DNA of 64,000 bases from Haplodiscus bocki (lineage: Eukaryota). The stretch is from the NCBI GenBank assembly GCA_965655095.1, contig OZ296659.1, positions 18,848,001-18,912,000 of the forward strand, in the 5' to 3' direction. The position numbers and the translations under genes were made by a program. Numbering within the stretch: position 1 is the first letter of the stretch; each line of letters starts with the position of its first letter. Below, piece by piece: positions 23,801-32,800 of this stretch. The notes below the pieces were generated by a model. It saw only the letters and a list, made by a program, of their open reading frames with translations. It had not been told where the DNA came from and searched no databases.

Positions 23801-26800
23801 AGTATCCGAATTCAGGTGGTTATCTTCTACAGAATTGGGTTATATTATGCAATGATAAAAATAACAATGGTAAAATACAAAACCTTATACGTTCAACAAA
23901 AACAAACAGTCCAACGGGAGATAGTGGAGCGACTTCATAACCTTCTATTGGTAATAGTTTTATGTATATAGAAACATCAGGTTCTAATCATGGTCATGAA
24001 GAATTTTTGTTAGTTGGGAAAGAACTGACATTATACAAATCACTAATATAACATTCTATTATAATAGATTTTCAATTTTAACTAATGATTCACTAAAATC
24101 AATAGGTAGGTTTAGAATACAGCTATTATTAGAAGATAATACATGGAGTACTCAATATACTATACCCAAAAATGATCAATATAGTGATTCGGATAGTGAA
24201 TGGACATTATTAAATTTGAATTATACTGCAGAAAACTACGGTATTAAACTAATTTATGATTAAATCCAAACTGCCCATGCCGATATGTCGTTCAGCAATA
24301 TTACAATAACACATTATGTATATTAAAACACATTGTATCAGACTTTGATTCAATTGAGATTACATTCTAATAATACAAACCTAAAATTAAAAAAGAACCT
24401 AATAAAACTAAATCTAATTTACCTCCAAATCTACAAGCTTTTCTTATATATTTTAAATGGATAACTCAAACTCTTTTAAAGATTTATCCGAATCAATATC
24501 TGATTATAGAAAGATTGTCTTATTAAAATTTTTAATTCAAAATGATAAAAATTTATTACAAGAAATATGATTTAGTAAAAATGATATTAATTTATTAAAT
24601 TTAGAGTTTAGAAATGTTTTAATAGAAGGATATGAAGAATACTCAGATTATGTTAAATATATAGAAGAATCGGCTATTGAGAATATTTTGAACAAGTAAA
24701 TGGAAACTCACTTCAATACTATTTTTGAGGATGTTAGACACGAACGAAGTCGCATTTTGTTGTTAAGCTTAGTTGAGCCTAGTATATTAAAACAAGTCAA
24801 ATTCACAGATCATGAAATTGATATTATTAAAGATATAGCTTTACAAAAATTACATCGCCAACGCAATCTTAAAGAAATAATCGCTTTAGATTTGTTAGAA
24901 AAACAATTTCCTGATTAATAAATGAGTACATATCCGAATATAAAAAACGAACCAGAATTAGTAAGAATAAAAACGAGGGATGATGAGATTAAAAATTTGA
25001 AATATCAAATTGAAAAACATGATCATGAAAATATATTGAAGAGTCTTAAAATTGATAATGAATATTATAAAAAAAGTATAATAATTTGAATAAAAAGAAA
25101 GTATTATTATCACTGAAATTTTGATTGGGTCAAGATCAGCAATTGGTAGTTCAACAATGGGGTTAGTCAATCCTGGTGCTGGTATTATTATTTCATCTAG
25201 CACAGCTGTGTTAACAAGTATCGCTATCTTAATCACAAACGAAAACATCTCAAAATTAAAAATAAGATATACTAATTCAAGAGATTGGATTAATGTAATT
25301 ACTTTGTTTTATGAAAAGACTTTCAAACAATCGATGGTAGATGAAAAAATTGATGAAAAAGAAGCTGAAGAATTGAAAAAGATTTATAATCATTACCTTG
25401 ATAAGAGAAAAGAAATCATGAAAAATACACAATTCAGAGTACGAGATGTATTCGGTGATGTAATAAGTAAAGATAATTTTAGTCAAGAACAAATAACTAA
25501 ACTTAATAATTTTTTAGCCAAAATAATGTGAATATAAATATAAAAATCAAATTTAATTTTTTAAAAACTAGACAGAAAAAAATTATTGATTATCAACCGA
25601 GTGCTCCTCCGTATTACGAATAAATTACTAGTATATAAACGACGAATACATGGTGTGCTGGTGGAAAACATTATAGTAATACTAATAATATAACTCAATA
25701 TGAAAAGAGAAACCCCAAAACTAAAAAACTAGTTGAAATTATCAGAGGAACATGTGATATTTGTGGTCGTAATAAATCACAAATTTTTACTAAGTAAATG
25801 ACTAGAGAAATGACTAGAGCAGAAAGTTTTATGAAAAGAAGAAAGTGTAAAAATAATCATTTTTCATCTATGTCGAATTTAGCATGGTGTGATTTAAATA
25901 ATAAAGGTAATATATTGAAACTACACGATAAATGTCCTAATCCTAAATGTAATTGCCAAAAAATCATTACTTTTACGCCTCATCAATATATGCTCGAAGG
26001 TGGTTCTATAAAAAGTAAACTATAAAAAATTTTTAAGGGGACGCAAACCACGTGGAATAAATTCCTGAAACCAGCAATTAATGCAACAGCGCCCTTTATA
26101 GGAATGGCTGTTAGTGCTAAGACTAAAAATCCAAAGGTTGGAAAAGCAACGACTAAAATATTGAAGAGCATAAGTGGTGGTAAAATTTTGAGTCTAACGG
26201 ACATGCACGGCCGTGGATTGAGATTGAAAGTAATGTAAATCATTTCAAATTTAATTTGCTAAGTAAATGAGTGGTTGTATTAAAGATTTACATGATTACG
26301 ATTTAATTTAAAAATGTTGTAGATGTGGAATTATTTCATTGAAATGTAATTTCTATAAAAAAAAAACGAAAAGATGGTTATGCATCTGATTGCATATCTT
26401 GTAGAAAACAGTATTATAACGAAAATCGAGAGAAAACTAAAAAATATTATGAGGAAAATCGAGATAAAAAAAGAAAATGTTATAATGAAAATCAAGATAA
26501 AATTAAAAAATATCGTAGTGATAATAAAGATAAAATAAGCATTTTAGAAAAAGAAAAGATTCAGATCTAAATTTTATATTAGCTTCTAATTTACGATGGA
26601 GAACTAACAAAGCATTCAAATTTCAAAATAATAAAAATACGAACAAAACTTTCGATCCACTAGGATGCTCACATTCTTTTTTTAAGAAAATGGATTATTC
26701 ATCAACTTTATGCTGATATGAGTATAGTAAATTATGGTAAAATTTGGCGTTTAGATCATTGTTACCCTCTTTCAAGAGCCAATCTAGCTATAGAAAATGA

Positions 26801-29800
26801 TATGTATAAATTTACCAATTGGATAAATTTGAGACCTATGTATATAAAAGATAATATTATTAGGGGTGATAAAATTGATTATCATCTATATCTACTGCAA
26901 GTGAAAGCTAAATATTTTATAGAATTAAATGAAAAAGGACCTAACGAAGACATTCATCAATGAAATACACTGCAAACATCCAATAAAAAATTATCCAACT
27001 AATAAAATAGTATACAACCACATTGATGAAATCTGGTCCATTCATTTAGCAGATTTTTCAGATTATAAAATTTCAAATAACAAAGGATTTAGATATATAT
27101 TCATCATATTTGATAATTTCTCGAAATACTTGTGGGCAATACCTTTGAAAAATAAATATAGTCAGACAATAACACAAGAATTTTCAAATATTTTAACATC
27201 AAAACGAAAGCCTCTCAAAATAGAATCTGATAGAGGAAGAGAATTTTATAAAAGCATTTTTCAAAACTTTCTGAAAAGTAAAAATATACAACATTATTCA
27301 AGATATACCGATAAAGGTCCTAGTATAGCCGAACGAGTGATTAAAACTTTACGTAATTTATCGAAAAACCCAGTATTCTTAGCAGGAAATGCTGATTGGT
27401 TAAGTGAACTACCATCCGTTATTAAACAAAATAATACAATTCACAATTCAGTAAAAATGACTCCCTTTCAGGCTCCTAAAAAACGAAAAAGAAGTCTATT
27501 CAAATCTTTAAGACAAGAGAAGAAAACTTAACCCAAAATATAAATTAGGACAGTTAGTTCGAACAAATGATATTAAAAAAAGTCTTCAGCAAAGGAGATA
27601 GTACAAATTGGAGTTACAAATTATATACGATAACTGAAGTAATTCATGATACTATGCCATCATATAGAATTGACTATTTACCCGAGAGACATAATCAAAA
27701 TTTATTACTACCAACAAAACTATCTCTTGAAGAAAATATTAAAGTTATGAAAGAACTAAATTTAATTCAATAATATAAAAAACATTAAATGGAATCAACT
27801 TAAGACCAAATAATTGAAAAATACGGAAAAAATTGCGGACATTGCAATCGAAATACTCTCTTACCATACGAATATCAATTTAATTGCTTTTCATGTGGAT
27901 ATAACGTAATTAAACGAGAGCATGAACTCTCTAAAATACAACGGAAAAAAATACATTTTATAAATAGGTTAAAAGATGCTGAACAGAAAAATTTCTGCAT
28001 ATGCGTAGATGTATATAAAATTTTAGAAGGTGATAATTTTGATAAAATATACGAAGTATTATCAACATTAAAAAAAATTAAAAATAAATAATATCTTAAT
28101 TGAGAAATATAAAGATATGTTAGAAAACCCTGATTTTGAACAAAATTATTGGTCAAGAACAGCAGAAGGTATTTACAAAAACGGACATGATAGTAATAGG
28201 TTAATGAAAAGGATATGTTATTATGATCGAGCTAATAAAAATATAAATGACTATGATTTGATGGGTTCTATTTGTCAAAAAAAAATTGATGTCTTTGATA
28301 AATCATTTCAATAAATTAATCCTATATGAATGGAGATGATAATGAATAACGAGAAGAAAAAATTATCACGAAGTAGAAAAAGAATTGAACGTAGAAAATG
28401 ACGATGATGATAAATTATTATTAAATGAAATTAAATCTGAAAAGAAACAGAAAAACTGAAATTTTAATAAAATTAAACAATCAGAAATACTATTACTTAA
28501 AATTAAATATTCAAACAATCCTAATAAATTAGAAAAAGCTTTGAGAGAATTAAATAAAATAGAAGTTATTAATAAAAATTTACATGAAATCAAAAATGAA
28601 ATATTACTAGATTATGTTGGCGAATTCGAAATGGTTGGTAATTTGAAAGTTGGTGATCAAGTTCGTCAAACTCATATAAGATTTAGAAATATTGAAGATT
28701 ATGGAGCTTATATTAATGCTATTGATGAAGGATATGACGCAGAAGATGCTATCGTTAATGGTTAGATTTATAAACTAAACAGTCCACAATTTAATAAAGT
28801 AAACCGATCTCAATACGGAAATGGTTGTGATTTTAAACATGAAATTATTCAATATCGGGGAAACAATTGTATTACACTAACTAAAGGCTGTTTCGTTAAA
28901 TGTATTAATTTCTTAACAGGTGATGATTACAAGGAACAGTATTTTGAATTAAATAGAAATGAAAAAAGACGATCAAATATTATGACTAAAGCTAGGATTC
29001 AACCATTTTGTAAAGCAAATAATATTAATTTAGGATATTACGAAGGAATAAGAGTTATTCTTAGATCCGTTAAAGATAGAAATAATGCTTTGTTTTTATA
29101 CAATAACCATTTTTGTTTAATATGGAAATCAGAAGGTGTTAGTTTTAATCAAGCTATTAAAGAATTAAAAAATAAGTTTAAAATAATTGATAATTATATA
29201 ACAGAAAAAAATGTTAATTCTCATTTTGAATACATTTATAAACCAAAGAAAATTGAATCTCACTTGACTAATTTTATTGTATATGACCTTGAAACACATA
29301 ATACTGATAGAGCTAGACCTTATGTTTTTTGTTTTTCTCGATTAAGTAAACTAGCTGGTAGATAGATATAATCGAGATTTAACGCATGATGAAAGACAGA
29401 AATGTAAGATGGACACTATCGCTTTTGATGGTGATAATTGTGTTGAAAAAGCTTTAGATTTGTTTAGAATTAGAAGGAGAAGAATACAAAGTTCTCGAAT
29501 ACAATCTACAACTTCACGCTCACAATGGATCGGGATTTGATATATGGATATTTTGAAATATTCTACCTTGTGATAAAAGAATCGTTAATATAATAAAAAA
29601 ACGGTAAAGGTATTAATGAATTAAAAGTATTCAATGGATATATTGAAAAAAAATAAAAAACGCATTTCTCAATATCTTCATTTTAGCTGTGGTATGACTC
29701 ATTTGAATTATTCATTAAAAAAATTGGTAAAACTTTTGAATTACAAAAAGAATTATTAAAAACTGAAATGGATCATCATGAAGTTGATTATGATAACTAC

Positions 29801-32800
29801 AAAGATAAAAAAGATGAATGGTTACCTCATGTCAAAAATGACGTTCTCTGTACTGCTTTTAGTTATGCTAGGTATTGTAAAGCAATGGAAGAAATAACAG
29901 AATTTTCGATGAAAGACTGTTTGTCAGCTCCAGGTCTAGGATGGAAATATTTTAATAGTATGGGTGATGAAAATGAAGAACCTATATTCACCTATAATGA
30001 CGAATACGTGAGGTGGTTTGTAAGACAATCAATAAAAGGAGGGCGCGTTTAAAGTTTTAACCAATATTATAGATCAAAAATTTGTGATGAAAAATCTTAT
30101 CACAAGAATTAAAAGTTGAAGGAAATGTTTATGATATTACTGAAGCTTATATGACATATAAAAATCATCATTTAAAAATTATTAAAAAAGTATATGAAAG
30201 TAAATTTAACGATTGTAGAGATATAGATGAAGAAGAAATGAATAATTACATCAATAAAAAATTAGGTGAGTTTCCAATTCACAAATTATTACAAAAACTA
30301 AGTTTAAATGATCTATAATGAGATTTCGATGCTGTTAGTCTTTATCCATCCGCAATGAGTGATCCAAAATCAATTTATCCGCGAATAGAAACTGGTTATG
30401 CTCATACTCCAGATATGAATGACGAGCTCGTTGAAAAATTCAATAATGAAACTTTCACACAAGGAAGTGCTATATTAAAAATTAAATTTTATAATCCAAA
30501 AAATTTAATCCTTCAACATCTTCCCGTTAAAGAACAAGTAAATAAAATGGAAATTAACCGTAAGCGTAAAAGTTATATTATTGATACTTTACCATCTGTT
30601 GATATTCAAGAAATTGTTAAGATTGGGGAAAAAGTAATAAAAATTTACGAAGGCATTGTCTATAGAAAGAATTTTTCAGTATCTCCATTTAAAAAAGTAA
30701 TTGATAAATTATTTGAATTAGGACAAAAATATAAAACCGAAAATAAAGATGTTATGCAAATGTTAGTTAAATTAATTATGAACAGTTTATACAGTGAGCA
30801 AATTAGAAAAGATATTGAAGAAAGTTACCAATGTAAATCTCAAATGGGGATGATGACTGAATATGATGAGAGAGTTCTAGATTATCAGAAAATTAATTAT
30901 GGAAATTATATGCTGAGATTGAGAGATGATGAAGGCTTGCGAGATGAAGTTAAAAAAGTCAACACTATGCCTCTTCACTTGGGTGCTTTCGTATTATCAA
31001 ACAGTAAACGAAATATGAATAATTTCATACACGCAATAGATGGATTTCATAGTAATGACATATATTATACTGACACGGATAGTTTATACATAGAAAACAA
31101 AGCTTGGGATATATTAGATAAAGCAGGATTAGTTGGTAAAAACAGATTACAAGGTAAAAATGATTATAAAGAAGGAGGCATTTGGTATGGTCTCTTTTTA
31201 GCTCCAAAAAGAAAATTTTGTTTAACTATAAATAAATTTGGTATTATAGACGGACACAAAACTTTCAAAGGATTTACAAATGTGAGTGATAATCGAGATA
31301 GGAAAGAATATTTTAATTTGGCCGATGGTGGTAAATTAGTAGCAAAAGTTCCTCTAAGTTGGAAAAAATCATTTAGTCAAGGTATTGTAATTCCGCATAA
31401 ATTGAAAAATTGTAGTGATTGTACTAAAGATATTTTATGTGATAATTGTGATAAAATAGTAAATCAAAAAGAATTTTCTGCAAATCTAAATGAACTAAAA
31501 CGAGAACCTCCTAATGAATTTGGTCATATGCTTCCAAAATATATAACAACTTAATCTTAATTGTTATCTCATAAATGGATGTAAAAATAAAAGAATACTT
31601 CGAAAAGACAAGACATGTTAAAAATAACGATAAATCTAAAAAATATATTCTACGTGGACAAAGAAATGTGAGATATCATGAAAGAATTCTATCTAATAAT
31701 AAGAAGTCATTCTTTTATAATTTAACATAATTTTGTAATTATAATCTCTACATGTTTATGGTATGTCGACAATACTGACTTTGTCAATTATCTCGAAAAT
31801 GGTAATAGATACAAAGTTGAAACTATCAGGGTCAACAAGTCTTTTAATGGGCTATTGAATGACATATCACACTCTGTTGTAGCTCAAAATTTTATAATCT
31901 CGGCATGTTTAAGGTATGTCGACAATACTGACTTTGTCAATTTTCTCGAAGATTATAATAGATACAAAGTTGAAAATTTCAGGGTAAACTAATTTTTTAA
32001 CGAGCTATTCAATGATATATCGCTTATATTTGTAGGTTAAAATTTTATAATCTCTACATGTTTAAGGCGCGTGGACATACACGACACTGAGAAAATTGTG
32101 TGGACCGTAATAGAATATGTATATTTATTCTAGTTTCTCTCTTTGTATACTGCCTCCTATAGCCTAGTGGTATTTGTAACATTGACTAAAGTTAAGACTA
32201 TGCTTGATTGGTAGTCACAGTGTTTGGGGTTCCTTGTTAGCCAACGTCCCCCAGTCTTTGTCAACATCATGCACAAAAGCTATATGGAGGAACTGTCTAT
32301 ATCTTAATGCTTGAAAAAGTTGACTAGATCGATGGGGAACGTCACCAGAAATGGTCCCTGTAAGCTGCTTGAAAAAATAGACATCAAACTTAGCCAGTGA
32401 CGTTTTTGTAAAAATTAGAAAGATGTAGATTATATAAATAATTTTTGAGTAAGTGGCGCGGCCAATAATATAAGCGAGAGGTTGACTAGAGGGAAACCGG
32501 TGTTTATGTAAATGTGGAAATTATAATATTTGAGCTTCGAAAAAGGCGAGGCGCAGTCGAGCAATAATATAAGCGAGAGGCTGACTGGAAGGAAGCCGGT
32601 GAGTGAGCATAGCGAGCGGGTATATTGTCGGATAATACTAGTGGCGCGAGCGATAGCGAGGGTTACTGGTATTATCCGCAATATACTATATTATTAAAAT
32701 GGACCTAGTGAACCGTGTTTTGGTTTTTCAAAACCTTTCTGACGTCATTGTCGAAGAAAGAAAGCAACTGAAAATAGCGAGCCAATAACAACAGCGAGTT

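Larger units (their letters stand above)
13246..32695 (+). mobile_element. Full-length Polinton/Maverick (endogenous polintovirus), 19,450 bp, internally degenerate
   Basis: 6-bp TSD AAAATG at 13240-13245 and 32696-32701; long TIRs; pPolB, integrase, ATPase, major capsid protein, minor capsid protein and cysteine protease genes. Confidence 0.97.

Noticed and set aside
17840-31554. Alternative genetic code or programmed readthrough explaining the Polinton stops
   Set aside because: Stops are of all three types, replace different residues, and come with frameshifts, lost ATGs and catalytic substitutions, which indicates neutral decay.
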